The notes under the pieces are model-generated. The model did not search any database. It saw nothing but the letters and a program-made list of their open reading frames with translations, and had not been told where the DNA came from. Shown piece by piece: positions 36,958 through 50,767 of a stretch of DNA of 64,000 nucleotides (its first letter is position 1; each line of letters opens with the position of its first letter). Origin of the DNA: Malacoraja senta (lineage: Eukaryota); assembly GCA_038087875.1 (NCBI GenBank), contig CM075990.1, positions 17,734,001 through 17,798,000 on the forward strand, in the 5' to 3' direction. The translations under genes and the position numbers were made by a program.

Positions 36958-39900
36958 AACTCCTGGGAACAGCCTGATAAATTTTCAGCACTCCTCCAAT
37001 AACTACATCCTTTTGGAGGCAACCAGACCATAACTGTGCACAAGACTCCAGTCTCACCAAGGCACTATATTATGGTAGTTTATGACAGCTCTACACTTGT
37101 ATTCAACTGATGCTATCAAGACCAACACACTCCTCGCTTTGTAAAAACAAGAACTGCAGATGCTGCTTAATACACAAAGTGCTGGAGTGTTCAGCAGCTC
37201 AGGCAGTACTTCTGGTGAATGTGGATAGATGATGTTTCTGATTGTAGGGAAAGCTCATTTTCATGCTGTTAGCTTTCAGTGATGAGTACCAGAACATTAG
37301 TCCCTTCGACTATCAATGTTTCTCAACCTGTCACCATTCAGAAAATTCTCAGCATTTCTGCTTTAAGTGGCTATCCTCACATTTACCACAACATGCTCCA
37401 GCTGCCCATTCGCTCACTCTGCTTGCGCACAGCCACTTGCGCCCACTGTTAACCAGGAGCCATCACCCACCAGTTGACATGACCTGCCTGTTCACTTTGT
37501 GAAAGGCCCACGGTTTTACCACGGACAACTTGAAACATGCAGCACTCACTTGCACAGTAACGTGGGGCAGGGAACAGCTTTCAGTGGTCAGATCAAAAAC
37601 TGTCACAGATGGAAGATCTAACGCTCATCATAGCACAACATTGCAAAACAACCCTTTCTTTCTTTAGTAAAGGTCTTAAACATTATATGAACATCAAGGT
37701 GTTGCAGCACTTACAGAATGCCTTCATGCAGGCTATCGCTGAGCATGTTACTGAGGAAGGTGTGCAAGTGTAAGCTATTGAAAGAGTCTCCAGTGCGCAG
37801 CCAGAGAGCTAGAGACAATCACAATTAGTTCACCACCTGGGACTGGACTGGTCACTCCCTCCTTCTGCAACACCACTCCTGCCATTGGGCAGCACACCAC
37901 TTGATCAGAATGTAGTACAGGAACATAATTAAATGATTGGTCAAACCTCTAGCTGTGGAGAAGGACATAGTTCAGATTGGTATCATTGCTTTCAGCTTCC
38001 CCCTCATCAATCAAACACTGGAAACCAGAGCAGATGCTCGTTTACATAACCATTCATTAGCTGTTTATAGCCTTTGTTCCAATGCTATTTCATCGAGGGT
38101 TAAATGTCTTAAAACCAGGCCACTCAGTGACCTTTGGGGTGATCAAAGAGCAGGGATTTTGTCCACACATCCATTTGGTCCCTTGAAATGTGGCTTGAAG
38201 CTCAGCAAAGACAACATTTCCTGTTTCACATTTCTATCCACTGATTCCACTATTTCCAATTCTGTTCAGGTTTTTAAATTGTCTGAGTTTTGACATTTAA
38301 AATAAAATTCTTAACTTATTGTTGCTAAACTATTTTCAGCAAGTAAAATGAATACTTTATCTGATTCTGTACAATTGACTCACCTCAAGCCCGTATCCAT
38401 TCACCTGGACAGGTAAATCATACGGTTACAAAGCAGAAGGTACAACAGAGACCACACCGGTCCTTTCACTTCCATCCAATGATGATGCAGAGAAACAGAC
38501 ATTTGTTGGTGGCACTTCCACAATGCCATCAACCTTCATGGATTATAGCATCAAATATCTTCCTGTCTAGTTCATAGCCTTGCAACATTCCTCCCCAACC
38601 TCCACCTATTTCTTCAAAGTCACCTCCACGACTGCATCTAGTAGTTTATTCTCAGGTTGATTAGCGTTTGTGTGAAATTTCCAAGTTTAGTTCTCAATCA
38701 GCCACTGTATATGGTCAAACTAGTGAAAGGCAATGGTTTCATTTGAAGCATTCTTTAAAGAATGATGTGCATTCACACATCATCTTTCATGATCTCAATG
38801 TTGTCTGCACTGAGCAGGATCAGTATTGCAGTATAAGAACATGACAGGCCTTCCCTGTACAATTTCACACTGTACACGAGTAGAGTAGAGTTGTCTCTCT
38901 GGTGCGCCTTCAAACCTCTAAGCTGACCGATAAACATCACCTTTTGGCCATTCTCTGCAACACACCCAGGGAGAATTGGGCTTTAAGTTATAATTGTCAC
39001 AGTTCGGTCAGTCAATAGTTGCTCCATAATAAATTGACATTTTAAATACCACGTATATCAGCACCCAGATCACTTTTGACCTCCCCTCACGCACACTCTA
39101 ACCAACATGTACTTTGCTCACCTACTCTTCCCACTGTGCTAGACTGCACTGTGACTGCACAAGGTGCTGGACACAACGTCATACCATCACAGCATCACAC
39201 AAACCCAGCACTGAGTTAACATGGAGCGGTTCTCATCGAGCAGCTTCACAGCAGCGTAACTATGTTGACATTAGAACAGAAAATAGGACATCAGCTCCAC
39301 TAGACCAAACATTTAAAAAATCTGTGAAGTAGACTGAAATTCAGACGATAGGAGCCACTCCAGTGATCAGCATTTTATACAATCGGACACCATCTCACTC
39401 TAAAACCACTCGATGACCACACCAAAAAGGATGCAGTGATGAAAACATTGCAGTCTAACCAAGCAGAGAATCCACATCTCAATCCATGCCACTTACCTGC
39501 TCTATGGATGAACATTTACAGATCACTGGGATCAGCTCTTCACACTGGATTCAATAGAAAAGTATTCAGTCACCTGAAATAGTATTTTCATAATAAACAT
39601 AGTTCTCCAAACTTGTATGATATTTATTCTGTAATCTGGATTCCAGTGGCACTAGCTGTATGGAACTCTAGCCTTTACCAGTTTAGTTTAGTTTATTATT
39701 GTTACATGTACTGAGCTACAGTGAAAAGCTTTTTTGTTGCATGCTATCCAGTCACCGATTGAAATCAAGCCATTCACAGTGTACAGCTACAGGATAAAGG
39801 GTATAACCTTTAGTGCAAGATAAAGTCCTGATTAAAGATAGTTTGAAGGTCTCCAATTGGGTAGATAGGTTAGGACCGCTCTCTAGCTGGTGAGTGGACA

Positions 39901-39999
39901 GTCTAGTTGCCTGAATACAGTGAAGAGGGAGTGTCCGGGGTGAGACTCATTCTAAATCCAAGTGGACCAAGTCCACTGACTCCACCACCAGAATCATGC

Positions 40000-41180
40000 A
40001 GCATAAAAACAGGCCCTTCGGTCCACCATATCTATTTCTATAAATACCATTTACCAGTTCTTGGTCCATTGCCTTAGTTGCCTTGATAATTTAAATCTTT
40101 ATCCAGACACATGTCCAATGCTGGGAAAATCTCTGCCTCCACCACCGCTGAAGGGATTCCAAATGACAACAACCACCTGGGAGAGTTTGTTTTCTCAAAG
40201 ATCACCTCTAAACCTCCTGCTCCTCACCTTAAACCGTAGCCCTCTGGGCTGAGGCACCCAGCAACAGGTACAAGTGTTTTCATCTGTCGGCCTCACATAC
40301 TTTTCTACATTTCCATCAGGTCCCTTTTTAGATTTGTACACTACACAAACCCAGCACGTTCAGTTTCTCCTCGTAATTGGGACTGATAATCCTGGTGAAT
40401 CTCCTCTGCACCCTCTCCAGTACTATCATACCCTTGGTGACCAGAACTGCACACAGTATTCTGGCTGTGGCCTATCCAGTTACTGTGATATCTTTTGGAA
40501 TACAAAGGGCAGAGCCCAGGACAAAGGAGCAGGTACTGAGGGACACACCAAGGCTCTGTGCAGCACTGCTCCATGCACACTGAAACATGCAAACACAACA
40601 CAGCCTGCTCGCTCGAGGAAGCTGCATAAAGGAAATGGAAGGTAAACCTCATAAGAAATTAGAATGATAGGCATACCTGAGAACTGCAGCATGTTCTGCA
40701 AGTATATATTTGTACATTTTAAAATAAACTGGACATTCTGTAAATGACAATACATTGGCTGTTCATCAGATTGAGACCAAGGGCAGATCAGAGATATCTA
40801 AAATGTGTAGGGAGAAAGCGATCTAGTAGTGAAGCAAAGAAAACCTCTTCGCAGAGAGTGGCTGCAATGTTTGACCCGAGATGAAGGAGGCAGGCCCTCA
40901 CACATATCATTATCTAAATAAAGTCAAATCACCAAGCCGGAGAAGGCTATAGTAAATCTATCAAGCAGAAAATGAAGGAAGGATCTTGGAGTTGAAGTCC
41001 ATAGCTCCCTGAAAGTGGAGAGACAGATGAGTGGTAAAGAAGGCATAATGTATGCTTGCCTTCATCAGTTGTGGCACACAGTACAAGAGGCAGGATGTCA
41101 TGTTGCAGCACTAAAACTTTGGTTTGGTCACCACTGTCATGTTGCATGCAGTCCTGGTCACCCCATTACAAGAAGGATGT
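40000..41180. mobile_element. Highly decayed CR1 fragments (about 40000-40470 minus, 40770-41180 plus)
   Basis: ggtgaatctcctctgcaccctctccag, ggtgaccagaactgcacacagtattc; gtcctggtcaccccattacaagaaggatgtg. Confidence 0.6.
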
Positions 41181-41584
41181 GAAGCCTGGCAATGGTCAAG
41201 GCTATTGTAAGCGTAGTGGGATCTCGACTCCAGAAGAAATTAATCATTTACCTGGCCCATGAAGCAGCAGAATGCAGGTAGACAAAGTTAACCCAGAGGC
41301 TCAGTGACAAAGGTTGATGACAGTGGGATCCTAGGGGAAGGTGGTGAGCAGAACCAAAGGGATCAGAATATTGCCAATTTAAAATGAGCCATTAGAGGAT
41401 GTGTCATACAACATAAACAGCCCGTCATGTCCTTGCCACTCAAGTTCCCAACACATATACCCAGTACTTGGCCCATTGCCTTCTCTCCCTTGATAATTCA
41501 AATACTCATGCAAATAATTCAAATACTCCCTTGATAATTCAAATACCCCTCCCCTACTTCATGCACTTCCAAGTTATTTTAGGA

Positions 41585-41902
41585 TTTGGTTTCAAGAGAA
41601 ACAGCATTGAAACACGCCATTCGGCACAGAATCCGTGCCGACCATCGGTCACCCATTCACATTAGTTGTTATCCCACTTTTGCATCCAATCCCTGCACAC
41701 CGGGGGAGGAGAGATTTAAATGTCCAATTAACCCACAAACTCGCACGTCTTTGGGACGTGGGAGGAAAACGGGGTACCTGGAGGAAATGCACGTGATCAC
41801 AGGGAGAGCATGCAAACTTCACACAGACAGCACCCGAGGTCAGAACCTGGGTCTCCAATGCTGTGAGGCAACAGCTCTACCAGCTGTGTGACTGTGCTGC
41901 CC
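41585..41902 (-). mobile_element. tRNA-derived SINE (HE1/V-SINE-like), older copy
   Basis: Minus-strand head gggcagcacagtcacacagctggtagagctgttgcctcacagc...ccaggttctgacc; body similar to 21385-21682. Confidence 0.75.
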
Positions 41903-43119
41903 CATTAGGATATTCCTTAATCTTGCCTGCCAGATATTTTGTGTTCCCACTTTGCTAACGGTGCTAACTGATGAATTTAAATTTAAAAAAAAAAATGAGG
42001 CATAGTTGAGTGCGACCGTGCAAGCTAGGACAGGGGGCTTGAAGCAAGCTGAGGATTGGAGCACAGCAGCCAGCAATATCACACCATAGAATCTGGAGAT
42101 GTCCAAGGCACATTTACAGCATGGCAGAGGTGGCATGGACAGCAGAGTGTGAAAGCCCCACTCACCAGCAGAGAGGTTGCCTCAGTGATTGTGCCAGTGT
42201 TTGTGCTGGAAGCAGCAGGCAGTGACACGTCTAATGAGAAGTCAATGTATGGCAAAGCAAATAAAACCAATAAGTTACACAAATACCTCCACTCTGCTCT
42301 ATGTACGGTTCTTTATTGGTCATTGTTAAGCTAGGTAAAGGCACATGACATGGGCAAAGTTAACAATACAAGGTTAACAATATTTTCTAATCGTTCATAG
42401 TTTAATTCCCACAAATTCCTATTATCTGTACGAGAATAAAATCCTAATTACACTAACACTTGATCATGAGATGCAGTGGGTGCAATAAATGAGAACTTCA
42501 TTGGCATCAATATTGTTCCACAGAAATCCTACACCATGGGATTTAGCAAGTCCTAAGCGTGTAATCTTTAATATATATTATTTCTTAAATAGAAGCACAG
42601 TTCAGGCAAATCTGGATTTGAACAGACCCTTTCCAGGGGGACCTTAGGAAAGGGTTCCATGTGTTAGTTCTTAAATGGAACACTTAACATTAGCGGGCTA
42701 CTCCCGACTCAGACACACAATGGTGATGGCCAATTAATCCAAATAATGAAAGAGGAATTTAACTTTAGGTCCTTCAGCAAACTCACTGCCAGTAAAAGAT
42801 GGCAAAGAACAAGACTTAAATATATATCTGTAAGCATAATATGCCCACTTTGATCAATAGAAATAATTTACACCAAAGTTACCCATTCACGCGTGACAAT
42901 TCATGTTTGCAGTTGTGCTATCTCAATGCATCCGATTACAGGAGCTGCCAAAATGCTTGCTACAAGGGCTGCCATTGCAACTTCACACCTTGCAAAGATT
43001 ACCCTCTCCTGTTGAAATGTCCGTGCCAATGCAAACAGCATTACAGAACATACAACTACATGCCAGTCAACCCTTCATTAAACACACTGTATCAGACTGA
43101 CAGCTTCAGAACATTGAAA

Positions 43120-43360
43120 CTAGACAAAATGTCGGTGTAACTCAGCAGGACAGGCATCTCTGGAGAGAAGGAATGGGTGATGTTTCGGGTCGGGACCCTT
43201 CTTCAGACTGAGTCAGGGGAGAGGGAAACCAGAGATATGGAAGGGCGAGGTGCGCAAACGACAGATCAAAGCAGACGATGCTCATTGTTGCCTGAGGGGA
43301 AGGCGACAACGATGCATACAAACAATGAAATTAATCAGGACAGCGAAACTAGTCAGAGAA
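43120..43360 (-). mobile_element. PLE-terminal-repeat-derived element with hammerhead-like motif
   Basis: Minus strand reads CTGAAGAAGGGTCCCGACCCGAAACATCACCCATTCC (plus about 43171-43207). Confidence 0.75.
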
Positions 43361-43661
43361 CATTATCCATTGTAATAGATGCACCAACGTGCCCAAACAC
43401 AAGGTTCTAAAATACTGAATTTGTGTCCATGATTTTTTTCGTGGCTTTCAACGTACAACATTGCTATGTCCAGATGAACTGATATTACATTCATCACCAC
43501 AGATTTAACTTTCAGTTGAGGGCCACGTCCGTTTGCCGTGCGGTGTCACAGGCAAAATATGAATGTTTCCTGGCAGTAGAGGCCTCCACACAACATTAAT
43601 GACCAAAACCCAAGAGGCAACAAACCCCAGCCCCTTGCTCAACCAGGTGGGAACTAGAGAT

Positions 43662-43757
43662 GTCAGTGAGAAGGGTCTCGACCCGAAACGTCGCCCATTC
43701 CTTCACTCCATAGATGCTGCCTCACCCGCTGAGTTTCTCCAGCATTTTTGTCTACCT
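43662..43757 (+). mobile_element. PLE-terminal-repeat-derived element (5' core damaged)
   Basis: gagaagggtctcgacccgaaacgtcgcccattcc...ctgagtttctccagcatttttgtctacc. Confidence 0.75.
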
Positions 43758-44044
43758 TCAGTGTTCACTGGGAGAATGGCTCCTTCAGTTGCCAGTGACA
43801 CAGGATTCTACCTCACACTCCCATCGCATCGCAACTTGGAGTCGGGAATAAAAAGTACAAGGGAACTGAAAATATACATTTTTGGACAACAGAGCCTCCC
43901 AGCTCCACCTTCTGTTCACAGTAACATTCTGCTACGTTGTTAAGGATCTGAGCATCACTCACAATGTGCCACAGGTAATCGTGAGACTATTGCTGACATT
44001 TTAAATCCATATGGCATTTCATAACAACAAAACCAATGTTACTG

Positions 44045-44262
44045 TGTAGGAAGGAACTGCAGATGGTGATTTACACTAAGGATAGACACAAAATGCTGGA
44101 GTAACTTAGTGGGTCAGGCAGCACCTCAGCAGAAAAAGAATAGGCAACGCTTTGGGTCGAGACCCTTCTTCAGACAGAAGGGCCTTGCCCCGAAACATCA
44201 CCTATTCCTTTTCTCGAGATGCTGCCTGGACTGCTGAACCACTCCAGCATTTTGTGCCTATT
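44045..44262. mobile_element. Inverted pair of PLE-terminal-repeat-derived units
   Basis: Minus copy ending gggtcgagacccttcttcagac, followed directly by a plus copy agaagggccttgccccgaaacatcacc...ctccagcattttgtgccta. Confidence 0.75.
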
Positions 44263-45583
44263 TTCTTGTGTCCATGCCAATGTTACTGCCTGGGAAAGTT
44301 TTTTTATTCCAATAATAAACATCCAGGTTAATTCAGCAAGGCATGAACTGTACGTCACCCTCTATTACTAAACTAATTACTTTCCAGATTAATCAGGTCA
44401 GCTTTGACACTTCAATAGGCAATTGTAAGTGATTTAAATCGGCAAAGAGACATTTGGAAAAACAATGTAGAGTACTAATCATTCTACAAGGTCAAAGCTT
44501 TAGTGCTGTAAAAATGGAACATGCAAGCCAGGCAGGACTCGCTGAGCATTCCTGGCATTTTATTTTTCTTTTATATTTCTTTTGTCGACAGTTTTGATTT
44601 TCATGTAGCTTTGCAGGTACCACAATAGAGCAGCAGCATGACTGTACAAGTATAACACTCGGACTGGTGCCCACCATGTTCAGCTACAGCCCAACAAATG
44701 CTCATTTAGGACTAAAACAACTTCTGACCAAGCCACACCAAGAGTCATCAAGCCTGTTTTCTAGCAAGAGCATATTTCTGTCTCATTTGCCGACTATTCA
44801 ATTATTAAAGGGCTAACATTAAACCATAAAATCTTTCTGAATTTGCCAGGGCAAGATCAATTGCTAGAGAAATGACAGAGGTGTTAAGTTACATCAAGTG
44901 CTCATCCAACAAACAACCTTCCTCAAAGACTATTTCCTTGTCTGCAATACTTTGATACTAACCAATTTGTTGAATTTAGCAAAGTAACAAAATCAGAAAG
45001 TACCATTAATTTACACACCTACTACCATCCTGGCAACAAATAGTTTAATTTTATATACCAACATTTTGTATTTTATCAATGAATCCAGTTCCTTCTCTTC
45101 AGTAATAAAGTAATCTCATAATTAGCACAGTAAAAAGTGGAAATTGAGTCACAAACCACATTTAAGAGGATACAAATCTTCCCATTTAGACACCTTGGAA
45201 ACTTCCTGCTTTCCCCCCACACCCAGCACAAAATAGCTCATCTCCTGTTCTCGAATGCACTGTGCGATGGGCACACTCAGCCACAGAGCAATGCTGCAGC
45301 AGCAGAGACGTACGAGTTTGCAGTGATCAGACTACAATAGTTTAATATTATTTTGCAACGACTTCCCTTGGGACATGGAGCTGCAAGAAATTCTCCAGAC
45401 AAGTGCTTCATGCATACAGCTGAGCAACAGCTGGAGAAATGCAAACTGGTTTTAAAAATACATTATTTCCTTTCACTGCCATCAAGTGTCCCAAGTAACC
45501 TACTGCACTCTCCTGGGGAAGTTGTAGCAGCTTCAAGTGTTACACAAAAGAGCAAGAGGAATAAACAACTGTATTTGATTTTT

Positions 45584-45589
45584 TTTATT
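45584..45589 (-). terminator. Candidate VDAC2 polyadenylation signal
   Basis: TTTATT on plus (AATAAA on minus) about 450 bp past the stop codon; more distal candidates exist (e.g. 42312-42317). Confidence 0.4.
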
Positions 45590-46037
45590 ATCATTCAGCA
45601 TCAACTGTATGGATTTGGGATACCGGAAATAGTTTGAATTTTTGCTACACAGAATCCATAAAATGTTTCAAGTGTAATTTGGATAATTTCAATTTATCCA
45701 ATTGCAGGTGAACTGACGTAGCACAACATCTCAAGATAGATATTAAATCAGGAAACATGCAGTCACCACATGTCTGTATCGTTTTTTCATTATTTAGGTT
45801 GCTGTAGTAACAGTTAAATACATTTTAAATTATGAGTGATCTAGGACTTCTGAATTACCTTCTAGATAACCAAATTTCACACAAAAGAACAGAAACAAAT
45901 ATTAAAGTTCTAAAAATACAGGTATGTGGTTGGTTTGAATCTTTCTTTCCAGGAAAGCTTGTTGCTCAAGTTGGAATTACATGTCACGGCCAAACGTTGC
46001 TTTCTTCTGATATCCCTTTTCTTCCGAGGTTCTCAGC

Positions 46038-46129
46038 TTAAGCTTCCAATTCAAGACCCAGGCCAAGTTTGTGACCACCAGAATTGAAACCCTTCCCATC
46101 AATCAGGGTGCACAGTGTCAGCTTTATCC
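46038..46129 (-). CDS. VDAC2: VDAC2 coding exon 8 (last)
   Basis: AG|(G)[32 protein letters not shown]; 92 bp. Confidence 0.95.
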
Positions 46130-46869
46130 CTGGAATCAACAAGCCAGTGATTAAAAACACATCAGTGCCATGTTTAATAGCATTTTTGCATCAAGCTCCT
46201 GTTCACCAAATCTTTGGCAGAAGGCAACAAACGATGAGACTATACTGCCAGACCAGTCAATCACTGCAAGCTGCCACTCCAGTTTGTAGCTTCTCTCCTT
46301 TGTCAACTTCAGCAAAGAGGGAAATAAGGCAACCGAGAGTAGTCCCCTAATGTAAAAACAATCCTCAAACTGCAGACTAAAAAGCAGGCAAGTACAACTG
46401 GCAGCGTAGATATCAGCCCGCTGAGAAAGGACACAGCATCTTACCCAGCAACAATCTCACTGGGAAATCTACACTAACTGCACATTCACTGAAGATAAAC
46501 ACCTCACATGACTTGGAACCTGTACCATCTTCTTCAACTTTACTGGGCATAGAAATGTGATAAAGCAGCTAAGAGACAAGGCAGAAACATTCAAGTTGTG
46601 GAACTTCAGGGACTCCAGACATTCACCTTCATTGTCTCGGGAGTGGCAACTCATTTTTCAGTTTGGGTTTTATGAAACATCTGAGGGGTGACGAGGGGAG
46701 TGTGGGCTGGTTGAACAAAGCTACAACTGTCAAGCACTTATTCTGAAAGGGGGAGGGGGGAGGTTCAATGAGCTTCACGGAAATCCCATTCCAATCATTT
46801 TACAGTTATCCAACCCATCCAACTACTCATCGTAGCAGTCTTACACAAATAAAGCAGCTGGAGACGTAC

Positions 46870-46927
46870 CTGGCCTAAGAACCTGGCTGTAACCTATTCC
46901 AATTAGGCTGGAGTTGTTGACTTTTGC
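46870..46927 (-). CDS. VDAC2: VDAC2 coding exon 7
   Basis: AKVNNSSLIGIGYSQVLRP(G); 58 bp with AG/GT ends. Confidence 0.95.
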
Positions 46928-47015
46928 CTGAAAGAGATCAGTAAGATGTTAGCATGGCAAAAATATTGAATTATATTTAAACGACAGAGATTAGAAACCA
47001 GAAAGGTGCACTCAC

Positions 47016-47166
47016 AGAAATGGAAGCAGTGGAGTCGAGCTGGTATTTACCAGCAATGCCAAAGCGGGTGCTGTTGTTGCCGGCGGTCCAGGCTAGGTTC
47101 ACTGCCGTCTCCAGACTATCGCTCACCTTCTGATAGATTGATCCACCAAATTCAGCACCGTCATTC
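47016..47166 (-). CDS. VDAC2: VDAC2 coding exon 6
   Basis: [50 protein letters not shown]; 151 bp. Confidence 0.95.
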
Positions 47167-47348
47167 CTGCAGTAAAGTAACCACTTGGTTTAGTTGATTC
47201 ATGGATAATCCAAAAAGCAGCAATTGCTTATTTACAGACCAAGATTTCTGATTTAATAACGAAAATAAATTTAAATAGATAACCTACTGCCAAAGCCAAA
47301 ATCCAAGTGTTTTACCTACGCAAGCATCACTCTTTTAACATAACTTAC

Positions 47349-47576
47349 ACGTTAGTGTGTAGCTGGAAATCTCCGGTTTTGTAGCCTACTGCAAAGTTGT
47401 TCTGGGTGAGTTTTGACTTGGCTGTGTCAAAAGACATTTGGTAGCCAGCAAGCCAACCCTCATAACCAGCTACTGCTGAGGCATGGATGGCAGGGCCTGC
47501 AAAGTCAAAATCCACATCACAGCCCAGGTTGACATATTCACGCTTGTAGGCAGTTTTCACTCTGCCACTCTTCTTG
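47349..47576 (-). CDS. VDAC2: VDAC2 coding exon 5
   Basis: [35 protein letters not shown]...GDFQLHTNV; 228 bp. [10 protein letters not shown] is VDAC2-type. Confidence 0.96.
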
Positions 47577-47660
47577 CTGTGGAGGCAAAGTAGGAACATT
47601 TAGCATCCTGTTGACACCAGAAAACAAAGCTGCTGCAATATCTTTCAGTGCTAGAATTAC

Positions 47661-47713
47661 CCTGTGTTAGGCGAGAAGGTGGTGTCAAATGTCAGCTTCA
47701 GACCTTTGGCAAG
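47661..47713 (-). CDS. VDAC2: VDAC2 coding exon 4
   Basis: LAKGLKLTFDTTFSPNTG; 53 bp. DTTFSPNTG is VDAC2-type. Confidence 0.95.
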
Positions 47714-48262
47714 CTGGCAAAGTAAAATAAACATTGTTTCAGTGCACAACCTAACATTCAAGTCACAATTTTGAAGATAAATGGGGTGTAATACATTTCT
47801 GTACTTGTCCAATATCACAGGTGAGCAAACTAAAGTAACTAGATGATGGACATGGAGACAAAGTGCCCACGCGTTTATTGTTGAAAAAATAGTCCAACCA
47901 CTCTTTCTTCCTCGAGATAATGAGCAAAGCTGGTGAGTTGTGCCACGCAAATGTTCACACTGGCACCAACAGTTTTCCAAATGGGTAAACTCTCAGGCCA
48001 GAATATTGTTTTTGCTTCCTGCCTCACTCGCTCATTAAATTTCCAATATGCTGGAGGAACAGTGGGTTGAACAGTATTGATGGGGAGGAAATAGGGGTGC
48101 TGATATAGGGCGTCAACATACAATGTCAACAATTCCTGCCCCACCACACAACAGATGATGCTCAGCCTGTCAAGTTCCTCCAGTAGATTGTTGCTCCAAA
48201 TCACAGCATCTGCAGTCTCTCGTCTCCAACTCAACTCGTCATCAACTAAAACGAATGATTAC

Positions 48263-48415
48263 CTGATCTTCAATTGCAATTTCTGTGCCCAAAGTGTTAT
48301 CGGTGTTCCATTTCTCCGTAAACGTGAGGCCGTATTCAGACCACTTGTACTTGGTTTCCAAGCTGCCAGACACTTTTCCACTCTCAGTGTTTGAAGATCC
48401 GGAAGTTGTGAATTC
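48263..48415 (-). CDS. VDAC2: VDAC2 coding exon 3
   Basis: [51 protein letters not shown]; 153 bp. Confidence 0.96.
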
Positions 48416-49366
48416 CTGTTAAATTTTGAAATAATGGGCATTCAATATTATGTGTAAATACAGACCAACTTAATTGATGAATTCAGCAGAATCATATCTA
48501 CAAACTGTAACATCTTCAGTCATTTACACTGGGCCAGTTAATGTCCCATTGCTGTATGTGAAGCTCACCGAAACACATTCCCAAACTTTTTTCACCACAT
48601 GGGGGGGGGGGGGGGGGGGGGGGAAGAAAGAGTAGAAATCCATGAAGATTCCTGGGTTCTCTTCAAGGTCAATTACTTTGAATGGAAACTTAGGCACACA
48701 AAACAGACTGTAGCATGGGCCTGTAAATGAACAAGCCAAGGTTTATGGTCTCTTTATTCCTGGTTCATTGCTTACAGATGACTATAATCCACAGAGCAAA
48801 GGAGGCAGAGAGGTGACATTATAGAGGTGTATAAAATCATGCGGGGGATAGGGTGAATGAACAGGGCAGAGAGATCAAGATCCAAAGGACACGGGTTTAA
48901 GGTGAGGGGGGGAGAGTTTATTTTTAGTGTGCCGATGCTTCATCTAGCACTTCTAAACTCCCCACTTAACCAATTGTTCCCCGGGCTAATATTAATGGTA
49001 CAGTTGGGGGTGTGAGCACAAGAGGTTTACAGAAGGTTTCAGGCATTTGTGGCAGTGGGCCCACTGGTGAGGAAACAGACTATAGGAGGTGAAAGGTGAA
49101 GGACCATGCCTATATTGGCCTACTGAAAGGTCCATACACTGAACACAATGAAGGCAAGAACCTCTCACCCCCACTGTCATTAAACAAACAGATATCGCCA
49201 CAGGTGCTCTGTAGATTAATCCCCAACCAATTCTTTATGGATGACCACATTTTCCTTGAAAAAGGGCTATTTCTTTGAAGATCCACCATCGAACATTGCG
49301 AGCTAATACTTTACCGGGGACAAGTAAACCAATTCTGTTGGCAAGAAAGTAGTAAATTAAGCTCAC

Positions 49367-49416
49367 CACTCCACTCTGTGACTTGGTTTTCACTTCCAGT
49401 TTTACCAAACCGAAGC
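49367..49416 (-). CDS. VDAC2: VDAC2 coding exon 2
   Basis: (G)FGLVKLEVKTKSQSGV|GTGAG; 50 bp. Confidence 0.95.
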
Positions 49417-49649
49417 CTAGGACATAGCACACAATTAGAACAGGCCTTCGCATTTTAATTACATTCAATTCAAAATGGTGATGAAAACATCACTGTTAAC
49501 AACATGAAAACAGGTGAATGCAAGCGTCTCAGTCAGCTCGCAAGTGGGGCTTCACACTTCAAGGCTATCGCGATACCACAAGGCATGATTATACAACTGT
49601 TTACAGTGTAAATGAGGTTGATGTCTGAAATGATAACACCAACGTCTAT

Positions 49650-49822
49650 ATGTGTAGGAAAGAACTGCAGACGCTGGTTTAAACCGAAGGTAGACACAAA
49701 ATGCTGGAGTAACTCAGATATTCTTCTGACTGAAGAAGGGTCTCGACCTGAAACGTCACCCATTCCTTCTCTCCAGAGATGGTGCCTGTCCCGCTGAGTT
49801 ACTCCAGCATTTTGTGTCTACA
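49650..49822. mobile_element. Inverted pair of PLE-terminal-repeat-derived units in a VDAC2 intron
   Basis: gtagacacaaaatgctggagtaactcag ... ctgaagaagggtctcgacctgaaacgtc ... ctgagttactccagcattttgtgtctac; the two arms are exact reverse complements. Confidence 0.8.
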
Positions 49823-50767
49823 CCAATGTCCATACTTAAAAAAAAAAAATCTGCCACTTGTAAAAAATCTGTTCGGGTACAAGTTAAAATCAGATTCAAA
49901 TTGACTCAAGCAAAATAATCCGAATTTTTTTATAGCCAACTGCACTGTTAGAGAGCCAGGTTCCAGTAGAGTCACATCACTTAAACTCCCATCACATCTG
50001 TTTCCAAATCCCCATCAGAAAGGGCCAATTCAAACATATTAATACATGTGGGTAAGTAGTGTCAAAGAATGTTATTCATTCAAAAAAATAACCCAATTTG
50101 TTTACTGAATGCTAACTCATTGTTCAACGTATAACGATCATGCAAAACAACATTCTACAATTTCTCACACCCAAAATATATCCAAAAGCATTCTACATTA
50201 AGGGCCATTTACCCATTTGTGATAAACTCCACCTGCATTTCAGTCAAGCAAATAATCATTTGCAAAAAGGTGAACTGCTTCCAAAATAGGGTCAGTGGTG
50301 CAGTGAATAGCTGAGAAACACACGACCCAGCCAGAACAAGAGCAGCCACACCTATCTAAGCTTTCTAGCCTCTCATTTAATGAACAGGATGAAGGGAAAT
50401 CAAAAATAATGAATAGCTTTGAAAGAGCAGGTAAGAAAAATGGTTCTCGGGTTATACAAATTGGTAGTTAAAGAACAAAAAGATGGGGGGGGGGGGGGGG
50501 GGGGGGGGAATAAAATGAAGGTCAATTGAATGCTTTGGATAAAAATATGGCCAACAGGAACAAAGTCCTGAATTTATAAGGAGATTAGGTGAACATTTAT
50601 AAAGGAAATGAACCAAATTGATTACTACCCATGATTAGAGACTACAGCAGGTGGAAAAGTGTAACTGAATGGCTTTCCTCTGGACTGTAACTGATGATAC
50701 AAGATCCAAGCACATACATACTAACAGATCTATATTTTACAAACAGTGGGTGTGTAGAAATATTTAC

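Noticed and set aside
1..46000. COMTD1 exons expected from mammalian synteny
   Set aside because: No O-methyltransferase-like coding sequence was recognised by eye; small exons could have been missed.
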